64,000 nucleotides of DNA from an uncultured Eubacteriales bacterium. GTDB lineage: Bacteria > Bacillota > Clostridia > Oscillospirales > CAG-272. The notes under the pieces were generated by a model. That model did no database searches. It saw only the letters and a list, made by a program, of their open reading frames with translations, and was not told the DNA's origin. The position numbers and the translations under genes were made by a program. The stretch is taken from positions 79,372 to 143,371 of the forward strand of contig CAKRTQ010000002.1 in NCBI GenBank assembly GCA_934402395.1, written 5' to 3'. Each line of letters begins with the position of its first letter. Position 1 is the stretch's first letter. Positions 34,763 to 43,376 of this stretch are shown in pieces.

Positions 34763-34807
34763 ATAGTTTTAGGCTGCCGTGCAAAAAGCGCGGCAGCCTA
34801 AAACTAT
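34763..34807. terminator. Long perfect hairpin between convergent genes
   Basis: atagttttaggctgccg ... cggcagcctaaaactat (17-bp arms). Confidence 0.65.
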
Positions 34808-34938
34808 TCTGTTGAAAGGGGCTGCCGCAGTATCGTGCAACAGCCCAACAGCAGCGCCCCGGTGGTTTGCGCCGAGACCAATGCCGGAGTGGTGCCGCGA
34901 GTTTTTTGACACCCCATCCAACATATATTTCCGTTAAC

Positions 34939-36723
34939 TCAGGCGCCTTCGACCGATTTGAACTGTGAACCGTAAAGCCCAGCGTAGAAGCCTCCCGCGC
35001 TCATAAGCTCATCATGCGTTCCGCGTTCAATTATTTTGCCGTCCTTCATAACGAGTATCATATCGGCATTTTTGATCGTATTGAGCCGATGCGCGACGAT
35101 GAATGACGTACGCCCGCGCATAAGCTCGGCAAACGCTTTTTGTATCTTGATCTCAGTACGTGTGTCGATAGACGAAGTCGCCTCATCGAGTATAAGCATC
35201 GGCGGAAGAGCCAGCATGACGCGCGATATACAAAGAAGCTGTTTCTGCCCCTGAGAGAGCTGTCCTCCATCCTCGCTGAGTACCGTATCATAACCGTTTG
35301 GCAAGCGTTTTATAAATGAATGCGCGTGAGAAGCGCGCGCCGCCGCTTCGATCTCCGCATCGGTTGCATCCGGCTTTCCCATAGCAATGTTTTCACGCAC
35401 GGTCCCGGTTTTCAGCCATGTGTCCTGAAGAACCATTCCGAACGAAGCGCGCAGGCTGCCGCGTGTTATCTCGCGTATGCTTCTGCCGTCAATTGTAATG
35501 TCACCGCCGTTCGTCTCATAAAATCTCATAAAAAGGTTTATAAGAGTGGTTTTTCCGCATCCGGTGGGACCGACCACAGCGACACGCATACCCGGTTTAA
35601 CGTCAAAGTCGATACCAGACATGAACGGGCGGTCTGTGTAAGAGAACGACACGTCGGATGCGACAACGCTTCCCTTCACCCCGGCGGGATCAATTGCCAC
35701 AGCTGTTGGAAGATCATCGGGTTCATCGGGTGTGTCAAGAAGCTCAAATACACGCGCGGCACTTGCAAGCGAGCTCTGAAGCTCGGCAATAACGTCCGAA
35801 AGCTCATTGAAAGGCTTGGCGTAGTTATGCGCATAATAAAGGAGCGTAGATATCTGCCCCGCAGTGACAAGCGGATTCGCCACCGCCATAAGTCCACCGG
35901 CAAGTGCGACGCCGCAATAAACAAGAGAATTGACAAACCGGGTCGACGGATTGGTTATCGACGAATAGAACACCGCACGCGTTGCGGTCTTACGGTATTC
36001 TTCGTTAAGCTTATCAAAGTCGGATGCTATCGCATCCTCACGCGAATACGCCTTCACAACGGCACCTCCCGAAACGCTTTCGTCTATCACCGCAGTCTGT
36101 CTTGCCGCCAGTGTGGACTGCTCATGGAAGAGCGTGAAGGTCCGTTTTGAAATAAACGCAGCCACAAGCATCGAGAGAGGCGTCAGGAGCGCGACAACGA
36201 GCGCGACCTTATAATTTATCATTATCATGAAAACAAGCGTAACGACGATCGAGAGAACACTGGAGTAAAGCTCTGTGATTCCGGTGACAAGTCCCTCGGA
36301 CATTCTGTCAACGTCAGCGATCATTCTGCTGAGCGTATCGCCCGTTCTGTGCGAATCAAGATACGAAAGTGGCAGCTTTTCTATCTTTCGGATGCAGTCG
36401 GAACGGATATCGCGCGTTACCGCGGCTCCGAGGCGCAGTCCGGCAAGACGCACGAGCCAGTCAAACAGCGCACTGAGCACAGCGAGAAGCGGGATCAGTG
36501 TGAGAATTTTTAATATCCCCGCCATATCAACGTTTCCTTTGCCGACAGCAAGGTCAATGGCGTCTCCCACAAGCACGGGAATAAAGTGCGCGGCGACTAT
36601 TGATATGCCGGCGAGTACGAACGCTCCTGCCGCCACGGGGATCAGCGGTTTGCAATATTTAAGCAATCTCGCCAAAGCGCGCCGACGCGCCTCGGGCGGG
36701 AGTTTTTCTTTTTTCTTAGCCAT
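34939..36723 (-). CDS. ABC exporter, fused permease/ATPase subunit (heterodimer partner B)
   Basis: 594 aa with a 6-TM N-terminal half. Walker A is GPTGCGKTT, the signature is LSQGQKQ and Walker B is ILDEATS. Confidence 0.9.
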   Translation of the reverse strand: MAKKKEKLPPEARRRALARLLKYCKPLIPVAAGAFVLAGISIVAAHFIPVLVGDAIDLAVGKGNVDMAGILKILTLIPLLAVLSALFDWLVRLAGLRLGAAVTRDIRSDCIRKIEKLPLSYLDSHRTGDTLSRMIADVDRMSEGLVTGITELYSSVLSIVVTLVFMIMINYKVALVVALLTPLSMLVAAFISKRTFTLFHEQSTLAARQTAVIDESVSGGAVVKAYSREDAIASDFDKLNEEYRKTATRAVFYSSITNPSTRFVNSLVYCGVALAGGLMAVANPLVTAGQISTLLYYAHNYAKPFNELSDVIAELQSSLASAARVFELLDTPDEPDDLPTAVAIDPAGVKGSVVASDVSFSYTDRPFMSGIDFDVKPGMRVAVVGPTGCGKTTLINLFMRFYETNGGDITIDGRSIREITRGSLRASFGMVLQDTWLKTGTVRENIAMGKPDATDAEIEAAARASHAHSFIKRLPNGYDTVLSEDGGQLSQGQKQLLCISRVMLALPPMLILDEATSSIDTRTEIKIQKAFAELMRGRTSFIVAHRLNTIKNADMILVMKDGKIIERGTHDELMSAGGFYAGLYGSQFKSVEGA

Positions 36724-38476
36724 TTGCGCTCACCTCCCCGGCAGTTATGTCATCACCGCCGTACTGCGACATATATATTTCACGGTAAACCTCACAGTTT
36801 TTAAGAAGCTCATCGTGCGTTCCGATACCTACGGCTCTGCCGTCGTCAAGAACAATTATCCTGTCGGCGTTCATGACCGACGCAGGACGTTGTGTGACGA
36901 TAAAGGTTGCGGGGTGATAATCGGAATTTGCAATATTGCTTCTCAGTTTGAGGTCTGTTGCATAGTCAAGAGCCGAAAAGCTGTCATCAAGGATCAGAAT
37001 GCGCGGCTTTCGGATAAGCGCGCGGGCAATGGTAAGACGTTGACGCTGACCGCCGGAAAAGTTTCTTCCGCCCTGCTCCACCGGCGCATCGAATGCCGCC
37101 TTTCCGGGGCTTTTCTGATCAACGAAATCCACGGCGCATGCCTCATCAAGCGCGCGGCGCATATCATCGTCCGACGCGTCCGGCTTGCCCCAAAGAAGAT
37201 TGCTTCTGACCGTTCCCGTAAACATCAGCGCAGCCTGCGGAACAATAGCTATTTTACCACGAAGAGCGCGGGGAGCATACTCGACGGAATCGACGCCGTC
37301 TATCAGTATTTTACCTGCGGTGGGGTCATAAAAGCGCGGAATGAGGTTGATCAGCGTTGATTTGCCGGATCCTGTGCCGCCGAGGATTCCGACTGTTTCT
37401 CCGGGCATTACACGGAACGACAGATCATCAAGTGAATCCGCTCCCGCACCGCGATAGGCAAATGAGACTCCGCGGAATTCAACCGCAGGTGCTCCGGTGA
37501 CCGCTGCGGGACAGGGCTCGGTGGAACTGTCCTCGGCGGGAAGCTCAAGTGCAGCAGAGATCCTCTTCGCACACGCCGCCGCCCGGGAAAGCGTAACGAT
37601 AAGGTTGGCGAGCTTGACCAGCTCGGTGAGTATCTGCGCCATGTAATTGTAAAGTGCGATAAGCTCACCCTGAGTCAGTCTGCCGGAATCGACAGCCGGT
37701 GCGCCGCTTTTTACAAGAAGGATTATTCCTATGTTAACGATAACATAAGTGAGCGGATTGAGCAATGCCGATATTCTTCCGGCAAAGAGAGTCTGACGGG
37801 TATAATCGGCATTCTGAGCGTCAAAATGCTCGGTTTCTTCCTTTTCATGACGGAAGGCGCGGATAACACGCGTTCCGCGCAGGTTGTCGCGCGCGATCCG
37901 GGTCAGTCCGTCAAGCTTTGACTGCACTTTGGAATACAGCGTAATGCCGGACAGTATGAGTGCAAATATCACGGCAGCAAGCACCGGGACCAGCCCGCAG
38001 AAGATAAGCGCGAGTTTTTTATCCACGGTAAATGCCATGATGACCGATCCGAACACAATGAAAGGCGAACGCAAAAGAAGTCGCAGCCCGAGGTTGACAC
38101 CGCTCTGAAGCTTGTCCGCATCTGCGGTGAGGCGGGTCACAAGCGATGAGGCACCTGCGGCGTCCGCTTCCGAGCGCGGGAGCGCCATCGTATGAGCAAA
38201 CAGCTCGCGGCGGACACGGCTGGCAAATCCGACAGAGGCTCTCGCCGAAAAATACTGCGCCGTTATCGAAAAAGCAAGTCCGATGGCACCGAGAAGCGCC
38301 ATAAGCCCGCATGAACGCAGAATGCTTGAGCTGTCACCCGAGCTGACACCGTTGTCGATTATATCCTTTACGATCAACGGGATCATCAGCTCGAGCAACG
38401 CTTCAAGCAATTTAAAGAGCGGAGAAAGCACGCAGTCGCGTCCATATCCCCGCATATAAACCCATAGTTTTTTCAT
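36716..38476 (-). CDS. ABC exporter, fused permease/ATPase subunit (heterodimer partner A)
   Basis: 586 aa. Walker A is GGTGSGKST, the signature is FSGGQRQ and Walker B is ILILDDSFS. It overlaps its partner by 8 nt. Confidence 0.9.
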   Translation of the reverse strand: MKKLWVYMRGYGRDCVLSPLFKLLEALLELMIPLIVKDIIDNGVSSGDSSSILRSCGLMALLGAIGLAFSITAQYFSARASVGFASRVRRELFAHTMALPRSEADAAGASSLVTRLTADADKLQSGVNLGLRLLLRSPFIVFGSVIMAFTVDKKLALIFCGLVPVLAAVIFALILSGITLYSKVQSKLDGLTRIARDNLRGTRVIRAFRHEKEETEHFDAQNADYTRQTLFAGRISALLNPLTYVIVNIGIILLVKSGAPAVDSGRLTQGELIALYNYMAQILTELVKLANLIVTLSRAAACAKRISAALELPAEDSSTEPCPAAVTGAPAVEFRGVSFAYRGAGADSLDDLSFRVMPGETVGILGGTGSGKSTLINLIPRFYDPTAGKILIDGVDSVEYAPRALRGKIAIVPQAALMFTGTVRSNLLWGKPDASDDDMRRALDEACAVDFVDQKSPGKAAFDAPVEQGGRNFSGGQRQRLTIARALIRKPRILILDDSFSALDYATDLKLRSNIANSDYHPATFIVTQRPASVMNADRIIVLDDGRAVGIGTHDELLKNCEVYREIYMSQYGGDDITAGEVSANG

Positions 38477-38587
38477 TTTTATTCTCCTCCAAAGACGGAA
38501 CGCCGGTAATACGGGTGATATTATATCATATTAATATAGATTAATCAATAGCTTTTTGCTTTTACGGCAAGAATATTGATTCACATC

Positions 38588-38616
38588 TTGACAAAACACG
38601 CCCACAGAGTTAAAAT
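38588..38616 (+). promoter_or_regulatory. Predicted promoter (TTGACA-17-TAAAAT)
   Basis: TTGACA at 38588-38593 and TAAAAT at 38611-38616. Confidence 0.45.
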
Positions 38617-38679
38617 ATATAATGTACTTTTATGCCGTGACGGATCGTGCGGCAAACAACCCGAAAGGTCATTTGCAAA

Positions 38680-40215
38680 ATGAATAAAACAGCAAGACTT
38701 CTCTGCGCCGTAATGGCGCTCATCACCATTCTTACAGCATTCGGATGCGTCACACGACCGACACCGCCCGATGTCACAGATACAAATGCACCTGAAGAGC
38801 GTGCCACATCTGCCGATGAAGCCGTGACTGCCGTTCCGGACACTCAAAGAACATCCGTAACGACGAATGCGCCCGAATCGACCCCAGCACCGGAAACGAC
38901 CAAAGCGCAGGAAACAACAAAAGTCCCGGAAACGGCCAAGGCACCAGAGACGCCCAAGGCACCGGAGACAACAAAGACACCCGAAACAACTAAAGCCCCT
39001 GAAACAACAAAGAAAGAGGAGACAACGGAAATGCCCGGACCGGCAGACCCTACCGTACTTAATTACAGCGATAAAAAATGCATGTGGCTGTCCCAGTTTG
39101 ACCTGAATAAGGTCTATTCTGCCGGAGGAAAACAGCGTAATCGCGCCCAGTTTGAAAAATACATAAAAAAAATAATCGCAAACGTTAAAGACAATGGTAT
39201 AAACACAATAATCGTACAGGTACGTCCCTACGCCGACAGTATGTACCCATCCGATGTTTACCCGATGTCGTCTTATGTTGTCGGAGCGTACGGAAATAAC
39301 GCGGACTACGATGCATTCGACATAATCATCAGAGAGGGGCACGCAGCCGGGCTTTCGGTACACGCATGGATAAACCCGATGCGGGCAATGCTTGTAAAAG
39401 AGATCACCAAGGTCCCCGCAAAATATAAAATTCGCGAATGGTACGACGACGCTTCAAAGCGCGGCAAATACCTTGTCACCGTGTCCGACCGTGTGTACCT
39501 CAACCCCGCCTACCCTGAGGTAAGACAGCTTATAATCGACGGCGCCGCCGAAATACTCGCGCGCTATGCCGTTGACGGACTTCATATGGATGACTATTTC
39601 TACCCGACACAGAGCACATCCTTTGACTCTGCCGCATACTCCGAATACAAAAAGAACGGCGGGAAGCTGTCGCTTGCCGATTACAGACGCGACTGTCTCT
39701 CGCAGCTCGTCGGTGGACTTTACAGCACTGTAAAAAAAGCCAACAGCAATGTGCTGTTCGGCATCAGTCCTGCGGGAAACATCGGGACCGTCTATGAAAA
39801 GCAGTACGCCGATGTTTATCTCTGGTGCTCGAAGGAGAGTTACATCGACTACATCTGTCCGCAGGTGTATTTCGGCCTTGAGCATCAGACATTCGACTTC
39901 AAAAAAGTTTCAGACACGTTTGCCGGAATTATTAAGACCGATTCCGTTGAGCTGATAATAGGCATGACGCTCGGCAAAGCAAAATCCGGGACCGACCAGT
40001 ATGCCGGTACCGGAAAGAACGAGTGGAAGAAAAACAAGGACGTACTCGTTCGATGCCTCGAATACACAAAGTCGGTAAAAAGATGCAGCGGTGTTGCGTA
40101 TTTCTGCTACCAGTACTTCTACGATCCTATAAGTGGCGCGTCTGTAAGCGAAACCAAAGCGGAGCGTGATAAATTCGTACCGCTTCTCAAAACGATCACG
40201 TGGAGCAACCGATAA
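38680..40215 (+). CDS. GHL10 / UPF0748 (YngK-like) glycosyl-hydrolase-like lipoprotein
   Basis: The start is trimmed to MNKTARLL. Lipobox TAFGC. A PET(T/A)K repeat linker follows. The blocks NTIIVQVRPYADSMYPS, HAWINPMR and DGLHMDDYFYP are typical of GHL10-family lipoproteins. Confidence 0.6.
   Translation: MNKTARLLCAVMALITILTAFGCVTRPTPPDVTDTNAPEERATSADEAVTAVPDTQRTSVTTNAPESTPAPETTKAQETTKVPETAKAPETPKAPETTKTPETTKAPETTKKEETTEMPGPADPTVLNYSDKKCMWLSQFDLNKVYSAGGKQRNRAQFEKYIKKIIANVKDNGINTIIVQVRPYADSMYPSDVYPMSSYVVGAYGNNADYDAFDIIIREGHAAGLSVHAWINPMRAMLVKEITKVPAKYKIREWYDDASKRGKYLVTVSDRVYLNPAYPEVRQLIIDGAAEILARYAVDGLHMDDYFYPTQSTSFDSAAYSEYKKNGGKLSLADYRRDCLSQLVGGLYSTVKKANSNVLFGISPAGNIGTVYEKQYADVYLWCSKESYIDYICPQVYFGLEHQTFDFKKVSDTFAGIIKTDSVELIIGMTLGKAKSGTDQYAGTGKNEWKKNKDVLVRCLEYTKSVKRCSGVAYFCYQYFYDPISGASVSETKAERDKFVPLLKTITWSNR
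38884..39030. repeat. Imperfect 18-bp coding tandem repeat (APETTK-type units)
   Basis: It encodes TKAQETTKVPETAKAPETPKAPETTKTPETTKAPETTKKEETTE. Confidence 0.85.
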
Positions 40216-40256
40216 AATATCACAAGGAAGCCAAAAAGAAAGGAAATCACCCGAAA

Positions 40257-41015
40257 ATGCTTGAACTCAGACACATAAGCTTTGAAGCGGATGATGCCGG
40301 AAGTAACGGAAATCAGACGCGAGAGATCCTTCACGACATAAATCTGACAATTGACGAGAGATTTGTCGCAATAACAGGTCCCAACGGCGGCGGAAAGTCC
40401 ACTCTCGCCAAAATAATCGCCGGAATCTACGTTCCGACTTCCGGCAGTATACTGCTCGACGGGAAAGACATCACTTCCCTTTCGGTCACCGAACGTGCCC
40501 GCGCGGGGATCAGTTACGCATTCCAACAGCCCGTGAGATTCAAGGGACTGCGCGTCCGCGATATACTCGACCTTGCGTCGGGCAAGAAAAACAACATCGA
40601 TGAGTCCTGCCGTTACCTCTCGGAGGTAGGACTTTGCGCCCGCGATTACATCGACCGCGAGCTGAACGCCAGCCTTTCCGGCGGCGAGCTGAAGCGCATT
40701 GAGATAGCCACGATACTCGCGAGAGGCACAAAGCTTTCGATATTTGACGAACCCGAGGCGGGTATCGACCTATGGAGCTTCCAGAACCTCATACGCGTGT
40801 TTGAAAAAATGTACGAGACCACACGCGGCAATATAATAATAATCAGCCACCAGGAACGCATTCTCAACATTGCCGATACGATAGTCGTGCTGCGCGGGGG
40901 AAAGCTCGATGCTGTCGGACCGCGCGATAAGATCCTGCCCGGCATTCTGAATTCCACCGCCGCAGGCGGTCCGTGCCGCGTACTGACAGACAGAGTCGAG
41001 GGGGTAAAGATATGA
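40257..41015 (+). CDS. sufC: SufC-like ABC ATPase of a two-gene Fe-S assembly pair
   Basis: The start is trimmed to MLELRHISF. Walker A is GPNGGGKST, the signature-like block is LSGGELKRIEIATIL and Walker B is IFDEPEAGID. An ATGA overlap couples it to the SufB/D-like gene. Confidence 0.65.
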   Translation: MLELRHISFEADDAGSNGNQTREILHDINLTIDERFVAITGPNGGGKSTLAKIIAGIYVPTSGSILLDGKDITSLSVTERARAGISYAFQQPVRFKGLRVRDILDLASGKKNNIDESCRYLSEVGLCARDYIDRELNASLSGGELKRIEIATILARGTKLSIFDEPEAGIDLWSFQNLIRVFEKMYETTRGNIIIISHQERILNIADTIVVLRGGKLDAVGPRDKILPGILNSTAAGGPCRVLTDRVEGVKI

Positions 41016-41932
41016 TGGATGCAATAGAAAGAAAGCTTCTGCGCGAGGTCGCGGACCTTGACGCACTTCCAACCGGAGCATATAACATCCGCGAAAACGG
41101 CAAGCTCGGCGGTCGCAATACTACCGCCAACATCGACATTCGAACCAAAACCGACAAACCCGGCATCGACATCATAATAAAACCCGGCACGGTCAACGAA
41201 AGCGTGCATATTCCCGTTATCCTCAGCGAGACCGGGCTGCACGATATGGTATACAATGATTTTTACATCGGCGGAGGATGCGATGTCGTTATCATAGCGG
41301 GCTGCGGCATACACAACGGCGGTTGCGAGACCGCGCAGCACGACGGCATTCACACCTTTTACATCTCTCGCGGTGCACACGTGAAATACGTTGAAAAGCA
41401 CTACGGAGAGGGAGAGGGACGCGGCAAACGTCTTATGAACCCCACTACGGTCGTTCATATCGATGAGGGCGGATCAATGGAGATGGAGACAACACAGATA
41501 TCGGGGATAGACGACACTCTGCGCCGCACGACCGCCGATCTCGCCGAGGATGCCAAACTTGTTATACGCGAAAAAATAATGACCACCGGTGAGCAGAATG
41601 CGAAAACAGACTTCACTGTTGACATGAACGGCGATGGCTGTTCGGCTGACGTTGTTTCACGCAGTGTTGCCAAAGATCACAGCCGTCAGGAATTTGACAG
41701 TCTTATAAACGGCAATGCCTCCTGTCACGGGCATACAGAGTGCGATGCAATAATCATGGACGACGGCCATGTGCTTGCACGTCCCTGTCTTGCCGCCAAT
41801 AATATTGACGCCTCACTGATTCACGAGGCTGCGATCGGCAAAATCGCCGGCGAACAGCTGATAAAGCTTATGACGCTCGGGCTTGACGAAAAGGAAGCCG
41901 AGGAACAGATCGTAGCCGGATTTTTAGCGTAA
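41012..41932 (+). CDS. SufB/SufD-family Fe-S cluster assembly scaffold-like protein (short form)
   Basis: The start is trimmed to MMDAIERK. The C-terminal blocks SRSVAKDHSRQEF ... IDASLIHEAAIGKIAGEQLIKLMTLGLDEKEAEEQIVAGF are SufBD-type. A Cys-rich segment AGCGIHNGGC is present. Confidence 0.7.
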   Translation: MMDAIERKLLREVADLDALPTGAYNIRENGKLGGRNTTANIDIRTKTDKPGIDIIIKPGTVNESVHIPVILSETGLHDMVYNDFYIGGGCDVVIIAGCGIHNGGCETAQHDGIHTFYISRGAHVKYVEKHYGEGEGRGKRLMNPTTVVHIDEGGSMEMETTQISGIDDTLRRTTADLAEDAKLVIREKIMTTGEQNAKTDFTVDMNGDGCSADVVSRSVAKDHSRQEFDSLINGNASCHGHTECDAIIMDDGHVLARPCLAANNIDASLIHEAAIGKIAGEQLIKLMTLGLDEKEAEEQIVAGFLA

Positions 41933-41940
41933 AACACCAA

Positions 41941-41988
41941 TAACGCAGCAGCACTGACGCGCGTCCGCGCGTCAGTGCTGCTGCGTTA
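41941..41988. terminator. About 22-bp perfect hairpin, bidirectional terminator
   Basis: taacgcagcagcactgacgcgc ... gcgcgtcagtgctgctgcgtta. I verified every base pair by hand. Confidence 0.8.
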
Positions 41989-41994
41989 TTCGAT

Positions 41995-42273
41995 CTATAC
42001 AACGTGGGTTTCAAGAATATTTCTCAGTGCCGCCATTGAGCTGGTGCTGCAGCGTGCAACGCGAATATTGCGTTTTTTCGCCTGTCCGGTAGCTATATCA
42101 AGCATTTTATGGGACATTGTACTCGTGAAGAGCACAAGAAGATCGGGCGAACCGAAATTCTGAATACCGCGATCGGTTTTCATAAATATTTTTGCACGGC
42201 AGGAATATTCACGGCACAGCTCCTCATATCGGCGTGCCATACGCTCGTTTCCGCCAACTATTACTACGCTCAA
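41995..42273 (-). CDS. DUF2325-like small protein
   Basis: 92 aa. VVIVGGNERM ... PDLLVLFTSTMSHKM ... resembles the DUF2325 family, which is often found near feo genes. Confidence 0.5.
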   Translation of the reverse strand: MSVVIVGGNERMARRYEELCREYSCRAKIFMKTDRGIQNFGSPDLLVLFTSTMSHKMLDIATGQAKKRNIRVARCSTSSMAALRNILETHVV

Positions 42274-42299
42274 ACCATCTCTCCTTCTTTATATGTATC

Positions 42300-42566
42300 T
42301 CAGTTTCTTTTGCCGAACAGTCCGAAAAGACCGTTCTTTTTTTCATACGGCTCGGTGCTGACACCGAGGAGTTCATAGCCCGTTGAGGCTATTTTTTCTT
42401 TCAGGGCGTTCTCATCGAGCGGCATATCGGATATGATGACCGTTTCACCTTTTGAATGAGACGACGAAACCTTTTTCACATCAAATGCCGCACGTATGCA
42501 GTCGTTTATATGCGACTCGCACATTGAGCACATCATACCATCGATCTTAAGTACAGTTCTGATCAT
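42300..42566 (-). CDS. Heavy-metal-associated (HMA) domain protein
   Basis: 88 aa. LKIDGMMCSMCESHI is a GMxCxxC metal-binding motif. Confidence 0.75.
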   Translation of the reverse strand: MIRTVLKIDGMMCSMCESHINDCIRAAFDVKKVSSSHSKGETVIISDMPLDENALKEKIASTGYELLGVSTEPYEKKNGLFGLFGKRN

Positions 42567-42718
42567 TTTTATTTTCCTTCTTCCTTTCGGAAGCCATGCG
42601 CCGTCTGAATGCTATCCGCACTCCGACAGATACCGCAAGTGTCACTGCGGCAACAGCTGCCGCACAAATTGATTCAGCCATTCAATACCCCTCGTTTGCA
42701 GCCGGCAGTTACAAGACT

Positions 42719-43102
42719 TCAGGCAATGTCGGTGCAGTTTTTACCGCAAAGCCCCTCAAGGCTTTTTTCGGGCAGCTCGGCAAGCAAGAAAAACACCGCT
42801 GCGTCAATATTGTCCGCATCCGGGAAGCTGTTGTGTAAAAGTTCTGTGACCGCATTGTAGTACCTTCCGTAACGACCTGCGATCTCATTTCCGATGCGTG
42901 TCAGATACGCCGCACCGTATGCGTTTTTTGAGACAATGCCCATCTCATCAAACGTTTTCATCATATTGTGAACACTGGGCTTTGAAAGCCCGAGTGCCGA
43001 TGCAATATCAACGCTGCGCGTACCTCCGCCTTCCCTTTCCAATGACTTGAGTGCGAGAAGATACCTGATAGCGGCGGCTGAAAGTACGATCTTCTGAGCC
43101 AT
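42719..43102 (-). CDS. DtxR/MntR-family metal-dependent repressor (short)
   Basis: The start is trimmed to MAQKIVLS, which has the SD acggagcggaacATG. SVDIASALGLSKPSVHNMMKTFDEMG is the DtxR-type winged HTH. Confidence 0.6.
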   Translation of the reverse strand: MAQKIVLSAAAIRYLLALKSLEREGGGTRSVDIASALGLSKPSVHNMMKTFDEMGIVSKNAYGAAYLTRIGNEIAGRYGRYYNAVTELLHNSFPDADNIDAAVFFLLAELPEKSLEGLCGKNCTDIA

Positions 43103-43165
43103 GTTCCGCTCCGTTTTCAACTTTGGGGCTGTCGCGCATCGGCGCGATAGCCCCAAAGAATAAGG

Positions 43166-43339
43166 TTACTTTTTTGAGTGGCAGGAGCCAGCCATCGGGC
43201 AGGAACCGCACTTGCAACCGCAGCTTGACTTACCTTTTTTCTTATCCTTTACAAGGCTTACGATTATGGCTGTCACCATTGCGACAAGCACTGCGCATAT
43301 AATTATCGTTACGATATTTTCTGCAATCCATGCAAACAT
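43166..43339 (-). CDS. FeoB-associated Cys-rich membrane protein
   Basis: Not in the ORF track (57 aa). Hand translation gives MFAWIAENIVTIIICAVLVAMVTAIIVSLVKDKKKGKSSCGCKCGSCPMAGSCHSKK. Strong SD gaaaggagtcattcaaaATG. It lies directly downstream of feoB. Confidence 0.75.
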   Translation of the reverse strand: MFAWIAENIVTIIICAVLVAMVTAIIVSLVKDKKKGKSSCGCKCGSCPMAGSCHSKK

Positions 43340-43376
43340 TTTGAATGACTCCTTTCACATTTCTTTATCGTTGGAT

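Noticed and set aside
34810-34938. GC-rich spacer ending in gcgagtttttt, considered as a small RNA or second terminator.
   Set aside because: I could not fold a convincing stem by eye and found no promoter. I leave it unannotated.
36275-37360. 361-aa plus-strand ORF spanning the junction of the two ABC exporter genes. Similar long antisense ORFs occur at 17309..18055, 44937..45824, 47796..48440, 35320..36150, 40646..41458 and 59852..60454.
   Set aside because: All are antisense to genes with strong family signatures, lack SD sites and have Arg/Ser/Pro-rich compositions typical of out-of-frame GC-rich sequence.
38581-39363. 260-aa Cys-rich minus-strand ORF (CLLFLCCFRGFSCFGCLCCLRCLGRLWCLGRF...) that superficially looks like a Cys-rich peptide or RiPP-like protein.
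   Set aside because: It is the antisense reading of the PET(T/A)K repeat and catalytic domain of the well-supported plus-strand lipoprotein gene (38680..40215). It has no SD, and its N-terminus overlaps the promoter of that gene.
42597-42718. The 150-nt gap between the DtxR-like and HMA genes, with small ORFs on both strands (for example 42596..42838 on the plus strand).
   Set aside because: The plus-strand ORFs are antisense to the operon direction and lack SD sites. The short minus-strand ORF is 16 codons, with no SD and no recognisable motif.
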